A stretch of DNA of 64,000 bases, taken from assembly GCA_022561385.1 (NCBI GenBank), contig JADFRG010000004.1, positions 18,822 to 82,821 on the forward strand. The letters are read 5' to 3'. The position numbers and the translations under genes were made by a program. Position 1 is the stretch's first letter, and every line of letters begins with the position of its first letter. The notes beneath the pieces are model-generated. The model ran no database searches. It saw only the letters and a program-made list of their open reading frames with translations, and was not told where the DNA came from. Origin of the DNA: Chloroflexota bacterium (GTDB taxonomy: Bacteria > Chloroflexota > Anaerolineae > Anaerolineales > E44-bin32). This document shows positions 1 to 8,654 of the stretch, in pieces.

Positions 1-345
1 ATGGTGGCGCGCGGCGGCACGCCGCTGATCCACGCGTTTAACGCCGGGCTGGTGTGTTGGGGTCTGGCGGAAGGAGTGCGCCGAAAACGATGGCTCCTTT
101 GCGCGGGCACCTACATCCTGGCAGTTGGCCTGCATGGGCTGTGGAACCTTAGTGCGATAGGGATTGGGCTCTCGGGACTTGGATTGGATTTAGAAACAGG
201 CTATCTGGATCCAGTCCTCATGAGCACCCTGGGTTATTTGGGGTTATTAGGGTTGCTGGGGCTGGCAGTGGGCTCGCTTGCGGGATTGATCTGGCTTCCT
301 GCCAGGCTCGATGCGGAAGGCCGGGCCCGGCCGCGCCGCACGTGA
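1..345 (+). CDS. PrsW-family intramembrane metalloprotease, C-terminal part (5'-truncated by window edge)
   Basis: Hydrophobic helices with PLIH and LHGLWN motifs typical of PrsW motifs 3/4. Confidence 0.7.
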   Translation: MVARGGTPLIHAFNAGLVCWGLAEGVRRKRWLLCAGTYILAVGLHGLWNLSAIGIGLSGLGLDLETGYLDPVLMSTLGYLGLLGLLGLAVGSLAGLIWLPARLDAEGRARPRRT

Positions 346-953
346 TGGATGACATAAAAGATAAAACCTGCGAGCAAAACAATAGCGATGGGGATATCAA
401 AGGGTCGCATAATGCCGCGCAACTCTTCCCAGTTTGCCCCGAACGCGTAGCCACCAAGCGCCAACAAACCGGTCCATATAAATGAGCCTACGAAGGTGTA
501 GAGAATAAAGCGCCCAATGCGCGTTCCCGAAACGCCCAGTGGAAATGAGATGAAGGTACGTACAATCGGCAGCAAACGCGAATAAAACGCTACCGCGTCT
601 CCCCAGCGGGAAAACCAACGATCGGCCAGCTCGAGATCGTGGTGACTGATCATGACATACTTCCCGTAACGATCCAGGAACGGCCGGCCGCCGAATGCGC
701 CCAGGGCATAGGAAGCGATGGATCCAACGGTGCAGCCAACGGCGCCCCATAAGCCGCCGAGCAAAACCGCTTGCAGTGCGCTTCCACCTTGAGCCTGAAC
801 CAGCAACCAGCCGGCCAGGGGCATCGTGACCTCGCTCGGAATGGGGATGTTCGCGCTCTCTAACGCCATGATGACCGCCACGCCCCCCCAGCCAATGGCC
901 TGCAGGACGTCGGTGAGCATCAGTACGATCTGGTGTTCGAGTTCGGCGGGCAT
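234..953 (-). CDS. DedA family membrane protein
   Basis: MALESANIPIPSE, YALGAFGGR and SRLLPIVRTFISFPLG are DedA signatures. Confidence 0.9.
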   Translation of the reverse strand: MPAELEHQIVLMLTDVLQAIGWGGVAVIMALESANIPIPSEVTMPLAGWLLVQAQGGSALQAVLLGGLWGAVGCTVGSIASYALGAFGGRPFLDRYGKYVMISHHDLELADRWFSRWGDAVAFYSRLLPIVRTFISFPLGVSGTRIGRFILYTFVGSFIWTGLLALGGYAFGANWEELRGIMRPFDIPIAIVLLAGFIFYVIHHVRRGRARPSASSLAGSQINPASEPTASPSNPNNPK

Positions 954-976
954 CGTTCTCTCGTTACGAAGCGAGC

Positions 977-1005
977 AGTATAACCAGAACCAAAATGGGA
1001 AGCAA
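977..1005 (-). promoter_or_regulatory. sigma70-type promoter for the DedA gene
   Basis: TTGCTT-17 bp-TATACT on the minus strand, 23 nt upstream of the ATG. Confidence 0.6.
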
Positions 1006-1254
1006 CGATGGCATCGGCGGCACGATCAGGCGCAAGTGCAGGTTCGTCCAATTTCACGCGCCCTAATATCATCGCCTCGCAGACGTCCTATCGCCGGCCT
1101 CTGGGCTCAATTTCCAGATCCTCCTACCCGATCGATGATCTGATAGGTAGATGCTCCCGCTGGCGAAACGAGGTCGAAGTGATATATTATCCCCCGCGCC
1201 TGCTTCGGTCTTCGATTGACCGGCGCAATATTCATCCGAACCCGAAGTCCATAA

Positions 1255-1626
1255 TTGACTAAGCCGAGAGTCGAACTCATGATGGACCGCCTACGCGACC
1301 TTCAGGCCTCCTCGACGGACGTCGAGGCATCTGCCGTGGTCAGCATAGACGGACTTACGATGGCCTCTTCTTTGCCCCCCGATGTTGAGGAAGACCGTGT
1401 ATCTGCCATGTCGGCCGCCATGATTTCCCTGGGCGAACGCATCGCTACGGAATTGGGCCGAGGCACGCTGGATCAAGTGTACATTAAGGGTCAGACCGGG
1501 TATGTGATCCTCAGGTCGATTGGCCGCGAAGCTGTGTTAACAGTATTGGCGCGGGAGCAAGCGAAGCTCGGCCTGCTTTTCCTCGACATGCGCCGCGCAG
1601 CGGAGGATCTCTCCAAATTGCTCTAG
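1255..1626 (+). CDS. Roadblock/LC7 (MglB-like) domain protein
   Basis: SAVVSIDGLTMAS, DRVSAMSAA, ELGRGTLDQVYIKG and LGLLFLDM match the roadblock family. Confidence 0.9.
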   Translation: MTKPRVELMMDRLRDLQASSTDVEASAVVSIDGLTMASSLPPDVEEDRVSAMSAAMISLGERIATELGRGTLDQVYIKGQTGYVILRSIGREAVLTVLAREQAKLGLLFLDMRRAAEDLSKLL

Positions 1627-1627
1627 G

Positions 1628-2362
1628 ATGCGACAGCTTACCGTCGTCATCCCCACCTATAACGAGGCCGAGAACCTCCCCTCGCTCGTCGATGATCTAT
1701 TTGCGACCTCCATATCCAATTTAAAACTCATCATTGTGGACGACGGATCCCCGGACGGGACGGGCCAATTGGCGGAAGAGCTGGCCGATCGGCTGCCTGG
1801 GAAGCTGACCGTTGTCCACCGCGCGGGAAAGATGGGTTTGGGGTCAGCCTACATTCTGGGGTTTGGCGTGGCGCTGTCCGAGGGAGCCGAGGCGGTAGGG
1901 CAGATGGATGCGGACTTTTCGCACTCCCCCTCCTACTTGCCAGATTTCTTGGCCAAACTTGAAAACTGGGACGCGGTTTTCGGTTCACGTTACGTGGAGG
2001 GAGGACGCGTAGACGAGCGCTGGAGCGCCGGGCGGGTCTTCCTCTCGAAATTCGGCAACACCTATGCAAGAGTCATCTTGCGGCTGCAGGTGCGAGATTC
2101 CACCGGGGGTTATAGGATCTGGCGCTCGGAAACCCTTTCCGGGATGCCGCTCAAGCGCATCCGCTCGGAGGGTTATGTTTTTCAGGTGGAGATGGCGTAC
2201 CTGGCGCAGAAATTGGGCTTCAAAATTTCGGAGCAGCCGATCTACTTCGAAGATCGGCGCATCGGTCAGTCCAAGATGTCGCTGAAGATTCAACTCGAGG
2301 CCGCCCTTCGAGTCTGGCTGCTGCCCTACTTTTACCGCGGCCTCCATTCCAACCGAGCTTGA
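1628..2362 (+). CDS. Polyprenol monophosphomannose synthase (GT2, Ppm1/DPM1-like)
   Basis: VVIPTYNEAENL, IVDDGSPDGTG, QMDADFSH, GSRYV, GYVFQVEM and F-x-DRRIGQSKM. Confidence 0.9.
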   Translation: MRQLTVVIPTYNEAENLPSLVDDLFATSISNLKLIIVDDGSPDGTGQLAEELADRLPGKLTVVHRAGKMGLGSAYILGFGVALSEGAEAVGQMDADFSHSPSYLPDFLAKLENWDAVFGSRYVEGGRVDERWSAGRVFLSKFGNTYARVILRLQVRDSTGGYRIWRSETLSGMPLKRIRSEGYVFQVEMAYLAQKLGFKISEQPIYFEDRRIGQSKMSLKIQLEAALRVWLLPYFYRGLHSNRA

Positions 2363-2403
2363 GGGCTCGCACTAAGGAATAGTTACCGCTCGGGTACGGC
2401 AGG

Positions 2404-3216
2404 TCACTCCAGGCTGGCGACCCTGGCCAGAGCCCCCCAATCCACCACGCTCAACTCCTGGGCCCTCGAAGACGGATCGATCCCGGCCATCGTCAATACC
2501 TCGCCCGCCTGCTTGCCAAGCACGGGCCCCAGAGAATTCCTCAATTTCTTCCGGCGTTGCGTGAATCCTGCCCGAGCAAGGCGAAACACTGGAGCGATCC
2601 ATTTAGCCTCCAATAGAGGGGCCGCATGGATATTGATGGTCAGGATGGATGAACTCACCTCGGGTTTGGGGAAAAATGCTTCGGCCGGAATGTCCCCCCA
2701 AATTTCCGGTACCCCGTAAATCTGGACACTGAGCGCAAGCAGGCTCATTTGACCCGGCTTGGCAATGGCGCGCTCTGCAACTTCGGACTGGACCGTCAAC
2801 ACCATGCGGTCGGGAGGCTGCTCTGCCTCAAGATAGTGGCGCAATAACGCGCTGGTGATGGTGTAGGGGATGTTGGCGACGACCCGGTATTCGGGGGGCG
2901 TCTCAATCTCGACCGTTAGCGCGTCGCCCGGCACGATATCCACGTTATCCGCGCCCTTTAATACCGCCTTAAGAATCGGAAGCAAGTTCAGATCCAGCTC
3001 AATCGCGGTCACATGCGCGGCGGTGACCGACAACCTTCGCGTGAGGGCGCCAAGGCCAGCCCCCACTTCAACAACGGCCTCCGTCCCGCGCAGTTCGGCG
3101 GCCAGCAGGATATCGTCGAGTGCCTGGCGGTCTATTATGAAGTTTTGTCCGAGTCTCTTGCGGGGGCGAACGCCATAGGCGCGCAACAGCTGGCGCGCGG
3201 CGAGAGGATCCGGCAT
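2404..3216 (-). CDS. rsmA: 16S rRNA m6,2A dimethyltransferase RsmA/KsgA
   Basis: KRLGQNF, VEVGAGLGALT, VVANIPYTIT and FTQRRKKLRNSL. Confidence 0.95.
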   Translation of the reverse strand: MPDPLAARQLLRAYGVRPRKRLGQNFIIDRQALDDILLAAELRGTEAVVEVGAGLGALTRRLSVTAAHVTAIELDLNLLPILKAVLKGADNVDIVPGDALTVEIETPPEYRVVANIPYTITSALLRHYLEAEQPPDRMVLTVQSEVAERAIAKPGQMSLLALSVQIYGVPEIWGDIPAEAFFPKPEVSSSILTINIHAAPLLEAKWIAPVFRLARAGFTQRRKKLRNSLGPVLGKQAGEVLTMAGIDPSSRAQELSVVDWGALARVASLE

Positions 3217-4721
3217 CAGGGAAAGATGTAGACGATGGACTCAGGAGCTGGGATAGGGGTTAGGAAGTAGACCGTGACGTTTCCGGACCAGGTGACCCAA
3301 TTGTTGTCCTCATATCCCAGATCGATCCAGCGGCCCTTGACCCCACTCCCCGTATCCGCGGCCTCTGCGAATCCATAACCGGGTACATACATCATCGTCC
3401 CAAAGAGGATCAGACTTCGGTCGATCGCCACCAGGCCCTTTACCAACCGCTTGCCGGAGGCCGTGATCCCAAACCAGGGCGCGTCAGGGGATACTCCCGC
3501 ACGAGATGGGGAGTAGGAGGTGGCGTACATCTCAAGCTTACGCCAGTAGTCGAGCGGACCGTCGGCAGTGGCGATCGTTCGAACCTGGATCTGGGTCCCG
3601 TATCCAATGATCTGTGGAGTGGGATCCTGAGCCACCCACTCCCCTTCCAGAACTCGGCTTACTTCCAGGCCATCCTCTAAACGCACGCGCAGGCGATTGC
3701 TTGTGACACCGTAGCCGCCGGACTGCACGATAAGCTGGTTATCGATTGCGAGCGTGTCTACTGGCTGATACAAGGTATCGAAGCTCAAGGGCCGCTGCTC
3801 CATATGGACTTCTTCTCGGACCCGGACAAGCTGAATCTGACCGTCGGCAGGAAGGGCTTCGGCCCCGTCCGGGATAACATAATCCAGGCCTATCAGTCGC
3901 AGGCCGGCATCGGCAAGCGCACCTTCGACCGTGTCAGCCGCCGAACGCCCTCGGATCTCCTGCTCGGCCAACCGAATGGTCACCGGCACAGAGCGTACCA
4001 GCCGGGCCTCGATGGAACGGTCGAGGGGAGTGTTCGGAAGCGGATCGAGTCGATCGCCCTCATGCAGCCGGATCCCGCTTTCCCAAAGCGCCTCTCCTAA
4101 GGTCGGCGCGGAGGAGTACAGCCAGCGCGCTCTGCCCTCCAGCATGAGGCGAATCGGGAGCCCACGCTTGAGCTGAATATGGGAGGGGGCAGCCGAGCCC
4201 GCAGATATGCCGTCTAGAATGAGCCGATCGCCGGGAAAGAGCGGACCCGCGATCAGATTAGCCGGATCGGTTTCTGCGGTCTGCACCAAGCGGATCGTAC
4301 CCTGATCCTCCATTGCGACCGGACGTGCCAGGTTCAGCTCAACTACCGGAAACGCACCGTCTTCCCACTGCAATTCGGTGTCAACGTTTGGCAAAAGCGC
4401 GTCGTTGGGGCCAAGCACGATTCCCGCCTCCCGGAGCAGATCCATTGGCCGGCGGGCGTGTGTACGCAGTTCGCGCGGCTCCCCATTGATCACCAAGAGG
4501 GCCGGCCGCGCCGTAGCGTAGTAGAGCACGAATAACCCCGCCGCCGTCAACATGAGCGGAAGGACGGGCGGGACGATGCGACGTGTGGCTGCCAGTTCCA
4601 TACGCAGGGAGTCTACTATGCCCTTTCCCCATTCCAGCACGGCGAGTGACGCCGCAGGGGAAAATCGCGCCAGGCGGCGTGCGATAGAGAAAATTCGAAC
4701 AGATATTGAAGGCCGCGGCAC
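3216..4721 (-). CDS. YabE/RpfB-like protein: ubiquitin-like DUF348 repeats, G5 and C-terminal 3D domain (start uncertain)
   Basis: N-terminal TM, repeated T-x-x-x-AL-x-x-AG(I/L) units, G5 (IIGYGT), 3D motifs ATSY..TASG..VAID..ADTG..IDL; classic position upstream of ksgA. Confidence 0.8.
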   Translation of the reverse strand: MPRPSISVRIFSIARRLARFSPAASLAVLEWGKGIVDSLRMELAATRRIVPPVLPLMLTAAGLFVLYYATARPALLVINGEPRELRTHARRPMDLLREAGIVLGPNDALLPNVDTELQWEDGAFPVVELNLARPVAMEDQGTIRLVQTAETDPANLIAGPLFPGDRLILDGISAGSAAPSHIQLKRGLPIRLMLEGRARWLYSSAPTLGEALWESGIRLHEGDRLDPLPNTPLDRSIEARLVRSVPVTIRLAEQEIRGRSAADTVEGALADAGLRLIGLDYVIPDGAEALPADGQIQLVRVREEVHMEQRPLSFDTLYQPVDTLAIDNQLIVQSGGYGVTSNRLRVRLEDGLEVSRVLEGEWVAQDPTPQIIGYGTQIQVRTIATADGPLDYWRKLEMYATSYSPSRAGVSPDAPWFGITASGKRLVKGLVAIDRSLILFGTMMYVPGYGFAEAADTGSGVKGRWIDLGYEDNNWVTWSGNVTVYFLTPIPAPESIVYIFP

Positions 4722-4838
4722 AAATCTCCGCCAGCCGGCCGCCTGCGTGCCCGCTTGGTACAGGCCGGCCTACCATTTCTGACCGTTTGAAGCCAGAATT
4801 TTCTGAGGGATATCGGCGCAAAACGCCGATTTGCTGAT

Positions 4839-4928
4839 TGGCGGAGAGGGTGGGATTCGAACCCACGGAGCCTTGCGGCTCACGCGCTTTCCAGGCGCGC
4901 GCGTTAGGCCAGACTACGCTACCTCTCC
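4839..4928 (-). tRNA. tRNA-Ser (anticodon GGA), CCA end encoded
   Basis: Reverse complement GGAGAGGTAGCGTAGTCTGGCCTAACGCGCGCGCCT-GGA-AAGCGCG...GTGGGTTCGAATCCCACCCTCTCCGCCA; long variable arm. Confidence 0.95.
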
Positions 4929-4946
4929 TTGGGGAGGAAGGGCCGC

Positions 4947-4955
4947 ATTATAGCA
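4947..4955 (-). promoter_or_regulatory. Extended -10 promoter for tRNA-Ser
   Basis: TGcTATAAT 18 nt upstream of the tRNA 5' end. Confidence 0.6.
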
Positions 4956-4976
4956 TGCGTGCTTTCAGCCCAATAA

Positions 4977-5918
4977 CTAGGGGAGGTAAGGTGCCTCGGA
5001 GAGGATCTCCAGTCTTTCAATAGGCGGCCCAAGACTAAACAAGGTCACGTCAAAGTCGAATGATGATCCTTCTTCTGGAGCCTCCCAGGTGCGAAATCCT
5101 ACGGGCACATCATTTTCATCGAGCGCGATCACGACCAACCTCAATGCCACCGGGCGATTTGAAGCCCAATTCAACACCTCCACCCTTCCCTCCGCCCTCG
5201 CGCGGTCTCCGTCGAGCGAAATGCTGGTAGCTTCAATGTTCAGGTCCAGCTCGGCGTATCGCAAGTTAAGTCCGCTGGCCCGCAGGGCGCTGATCGGCAT
5301 CGCAGAGGCGGTGCTGAAGCGCGGTTGCGGCGGGCCGAAGGTCGCTACCAGGACGGATCGGCCGCCAGGAAGAACAAGATTGATCGGCGCATAAGCAGGT
5401 TCGGTCATCAGCGGTTGGCCGGAGCTATCGGAAAGTGTCACCAGCGCTACAACTCCCTCCACGGCGAATTCGCCGTAGACCGAGGCGGTGAGCAGACAAG
5501 TGAGAAGCTCCTCGTTCTCCTCGTAACAGGCGACCGGTGACATATCGATCGGCACTGGCGTTGCCGACGGAATGGGCCCCTGGGCGCCTGAAAGGGGGAG
5601 GTCGAGGCTGTCCCCAACAATCAGCAGACGAGGATTGACTCCCGGATTCGCCAAGAGTAAGTCGGCCAGATCGACCCCATAGCGGATCGCGATCGAGAGC
5701 AAGGTATCGCCTTCGACGATTGCGTGCACTGGCGGAGTCGGACTGGGGCCGGCGGTTTCAACTGGAACGATCGTACCTCCCAGCTGCACCGTAGCGGTTG
5801 GAGTGGACGGCCGGCGCGGCAAGAGGGTCTGCGTGGCAGCGGGGGGCGGCACACTTCCTACTTCCGTGCAGCCCATGAGAATTACAACGAGAGCAAGCAA
5901 CAGTGGTCGGGGCATCAA
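4977..5918 (-). CDS. LysM-domain lipoprotein
   Basis: Lipobox ILMGC, P/T-rich linker, LysM HAIVEGDTLLSIAIRYGVDLADLLLANPGVNPRLLIVGDSL. Confidence 0.8.
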   Translation of the reverse strand: MMPRPLLLALVVILMGCTEVGSVPPPAATQTLLPRRPSTPTATVQLGGTIVPVETAGPSPTPPVHAIVEGDTLLSIAIRYGVDLADLLLANPGVNPRLLIVGDSLDLPLSGAQGPIPSATPVPIDMSPVACYEENEELLTCLLTASVYGEFAVEGVVALVTLSDSSGQPLMTEPAYAPINLVLPGGRSVLVATFGPPQPRFSTASAMPISALRASGLNLRYAELDLNIEATSISLDGDRARAEGRVEVLNWASNRPVALRLVVIALDENDVPVGFRTWEAPEEGSSFDFDVTLFSLGPPIERLEILSEAPYLP

Positions 5919-6003
5919 CGGCCGCGGATTATAGCTCAGGAGGATGGCTAGCCCATGCGATCCGTTGTGCGCCCCATACCGCTATGCTAGACTTGCTCGC
6001 CTC

Positions 6004-8058
6004 ATGAGCGGTTCCACCGATAGCATGTTCATGGAGGCCATCGCCGCTGCTCGGGCGGGCAATCGAGTGCGGGCGAAAAGTCTCCTGACCAAGCTGCTCA
6101 AGACCGATTCAAGCGTGGTCGACTACTGGGTTTGGATGAGTTCAGTAGTCGAGTCCATGCGTGAAAAGATCTACTGCCTCGAATCAGCCCTTAATCTAGA
6201 TCCAACCAACCGCGCGGTCCTGAGAGGCCTGACGTTGATGGGCGCACGGGCCCCTAACCAGGCCGAGCTTGCCGCGGCGGCCAAGATCCCTCGTCGACAG
6301 ATCGCGGCCATCGCAACCGGCGCTTCCGTAGGCGGTGGAGCGCGGCTTCCGCGACTTCCGGGGCTGCCGTGGCGGATCATGGCCTATGCGCTTGTGGCGG
6401 TGGTCACACTCTTCGCGGTGGGATTTATTGCTCGAGCCGTGCTGCCGTTGCTGGGGCCGCGGGCCCTTTCTCAGGCGCCGACGCTTGCACCTCCGCCCGC
6501 GGTGGTCACTTCGACCCCCGAGACCCCCACTGCGACTCCCACCACGATTCCGGCCACTCTCCGCGTTCAACGCACCGCCATTCCAACCGAATTTGCTCAA
6601 ACACCGCTGGCATTTTTTGTAGCCCAGACGCCCACCCCAACTTCGATTGTAGGAGTGACCCCACATCCCGCCTTCGAGGCCTACCGCTCCGGACTTCGGG
6701 CGTTGGAGCGCGGCAACTTCCAGGACGCCGTAGGATTCTTTAATCAGGTGCTTGATTTGGACGATTCCTTGCCGGACGTCCACTTTTTTAAGGGCGAAGC
6801 ACAGCGGTTCTATGCCATGTCGGACGAGGGTGAAAAAGATCGCGGCGCGCTGCTCGGCAGTGCCATCAGAGCCTATGATCGGGCCGTATTACTTGATGCG
6901 GAGTATGCGCCGCCCTACCTGGGGCGAGGCCATGCGCTCCTCGCGCGAGCAGTCATTCGCGAAGGCTCGGATGGGCTCGACGGTCAGGATCTGCCGGCAG
7001 ATTTTGAAAAAGCCCTTCAGATCGATCCTACCTACAGGCAAGCCTACGTCGCCCAGGGAGAGTTCTACCGACGGGTCGGCCTCTGGAAAAGCCTGGAAGA
7101 TACGATGCAGGCCGCGCTCGATGTCGGATTGCGCGATCCGGTAATCTACATCTTGCTGGGCGAGGCGCAGCTCAATCGCCGAGAACATGAAGCGGCCCTG
7201 GACAGCGCCATCGAGGGCAGCGGTGCGGATCCGGCGAATTTGTACGGGTACTTCGTGCTGGGACGAGCCTTTGTCCGCCTCGAACAATATGAGCAAGCCC
7301 TTCCGCCGTTGCTGACCTATGTTGCGTATCAGGGCGGCGACCATCGCGGTTGGAGCGATCTGGGTCGAACACAGCTCGAGCTCGACGATCTGCCAGGCGC
7401 CGCGTTTTCGCTAAATCAAGCCCTCACTATTAACGAACGTTATTCGCCAGCTTTTCTCGGGCGCGGCTGGCTGAATTTGCGATTGGGAGACTATCGATCG
7501 GGGCTCAACGACTTTAACAAGGCGCGCCAGTTCGGACAGGAAACGATCGAGTTGTTCCTGGGGCTGGGACAGGCCTATTATCTATTGGGAGATCTTCAGG
7601 AGGGCCTCAATCAGGCCAACACCGCCATTGTGCACGCCTCGGAGGCCGAGGCGTGCAAAACGGGAGAGCGAGATACTTCGCGTGCCTATGCCCTGCGCGC
7701 CAATATCTCGGAAGCTTCGGATGAGCTAACAGATTACGCTATCCAAAACTGGGAGTGGATTTTAGACCTGGAGTGCCCGGACCCGCTCATCCGACTGCGG
7801 GCACAGGAGCACTTGTTGATCCTGACCGGGGATATTCCGGCACCCTCGCCGACTGCCAGCCGCACCTCGACCCCGGATAGACCTACTCTGACCCCGACAA
7901 CAACAGCCACTGCAACGCTCTCTCCGACGCCGGCGCAGACCTTCACCCCATCGCCTACTCCTACGCCGGCGCCTACCGCAACCACCGACTCCAGAGCCGG
8001 GTACGCCCAGCTCTACCCCCGGTCCTTCCCCAACCCCCACCACCCCTCCGTGGGGTAG
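6004..8058 (+). CDS. Membrane-anchored tetratricopeptide repeat protein with P/T-rich linkers
   Basis: TPR-like helices on both sides of one TM segment (WRIMAYALVAVVTLFAVGFI); PT repeats; ATG 6004 preferred because a promoter lies just upstream. Confidence 0.8.
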   Translation: MSGSTDSMFMEAIAAARAGNRVRAKSLLTKLLKTDSSVVDYWVWMSSVVESMREKIYCLESALNLDPTNRAVLRGLTLMGARAPNQAELAAAAKIPRRQIAAIATGASVGGGARLPRLPGLPWRIMAYALVAVVTLFAVGFIARAVLPLLGPRALSQAPTLAPPPAVVTSTPETPTATPTTIPATLRVQRTAIPTEFAQTPLAFFVAQTPTPTSIVGVTPHPAFEAYRSGLRALERGNFQDAVGFFNQVLDLDDSLPDVHFFKGEAQRFYAMSDEGEKDRGALLGSAIRAYDRAVLLDAEYAPPYLGRGHALLARAVIREGSDGLDGQDLPADFEKALQIDPTYRQAYVAQGEFYRRVGLWKSLEDTMQAALDVGLRDPVIYILLGEAQLNRREHEAALDSAIEGSGADPANLYGYFVLGRAFVRLEQYEQALPPLLTYVAYQGGDHRGWSDLGRTQLELDDLPGAAFSLNQALTINERYSPAFLGRGWLNLRLGDYRSGLNDFNKARQFGQETIELFLGLGQAYYLLGDLQEGLNQANTAIVHASEAEACKTGERDTSRAYALRANISEASDELTDYAIQNWEWILDLECPDPLIRLRAQEHLLILTGDIPAPSPTASRTSTPDRPTLTPTTTATATLSPTPAQTFTPSPTPTPAPTATTDSRAGYAQLYPRSFPNPHHPSVG

Positions 8059-8201
8059 GTAGCGGGTCAGGTGAGAACCAGCGGGAGCCTGCGCTCAGAT
8101 CTAGCGCACTCAATGATTGAACCAGCCCAGTTGAATTTCTTATTTTGAGAACACGGGGCGGCCCGGCACTCCGTGGGCCGGCGGCGAAATTCTCCGGTGT
8201 C

Positions 8202-8230
8202 TAGACATTCGCCCGTCGCTGAGCTAAAAT
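8202..8230 (+). promoter_or_regulatory. sigma70-type promoter for rpsT
   Basis: TAGACA-17 bp-TAAAAT. Confidence 0.65.
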
Positions 8231-8281
8231 GGCGCGCTGGCATATGGCACGTGAAGATGCCATGGCAGACTGGAAAATCGA

Positions 8282-8551
8282 TTGGCTAATACGAGATCCG
8301 CCAAGAAGCGCATTCGTCAAAACGAGAAACGACGGGTGCGTAACCAGTCCGATCGCACGCGCGCGCGCAACTACGTGCGGCGGGCGCGGGCCGCGCTCGA
8401 ATCAGGAGATCCGGAGGCGGCCTCCGCTGCGGTCCGACTGGCCGCAAGTGAGCTCGACCGAGCCGCTACCAAAGGGGTGATTCACTCCAAGAATGCGGCC
8501 CGGCGGAAGGGTCGGCTGATGAAGCAGCTCGCGGCGCTCGCCAAGGCATAA
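8282..8551 (+). CDS. rpsT: 30S ribosomal protein S20
   Basis: MANTRSAKKRIRQNEKRRVRN...KGVIHSKNAARRKGRL; TTG start. Confidence 0.97.
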   Translation: MANTRSAKKRIRQNEKRRVRNQSDRTRARNYVRRARAALESGDPEAASAAVRLAASELDRAATKGVIHSKNAARRKGRLMKQLAALAKA

Positions 8552-8574
8552 CCCTATCGTCGCGAACTTGTTGT

Positions 8575-8605
8575 GGCCTCGACGCATGTGGTCGGGGTCT
8601 TTTTT
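8575..8605 (+). terminator. Probable intrinsic terminator after rpsT
   Basis: GGCCTCGAC/GTCGGGGTC stem (with G-U pairs) followed by T6. Confidence 0.6.
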
Positions 8606-8654
8606 ATTTGGCGCTCTTCCTTCCTAGCAATCCTTTCGGAATTTAATCCAGACC

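Noticed and set aside
964-1014. 16-aa hydrophobic ORF (MPSLLPILVLVILLAS) upstream of dedA
   Set aside because: Coincides with the predicted dedA promoter and lacks an SD
4839-4928. tRNA-Ser as an island integration site
   Set aside because: No integrase or duplicated tRNA 3' end seen; the flanks are housekeeping genes
7845-7990. Short-period repeats here and at about 17560-17700
   Set aside because: They encode Thr/Pro linkers; no repeat-spacer structure, so not CRISPR
8552-8654. T-box riboswitch before argS
   Set aside because: Region too short and no T-box consensus; the hairpin is explained as the rpsT terminator
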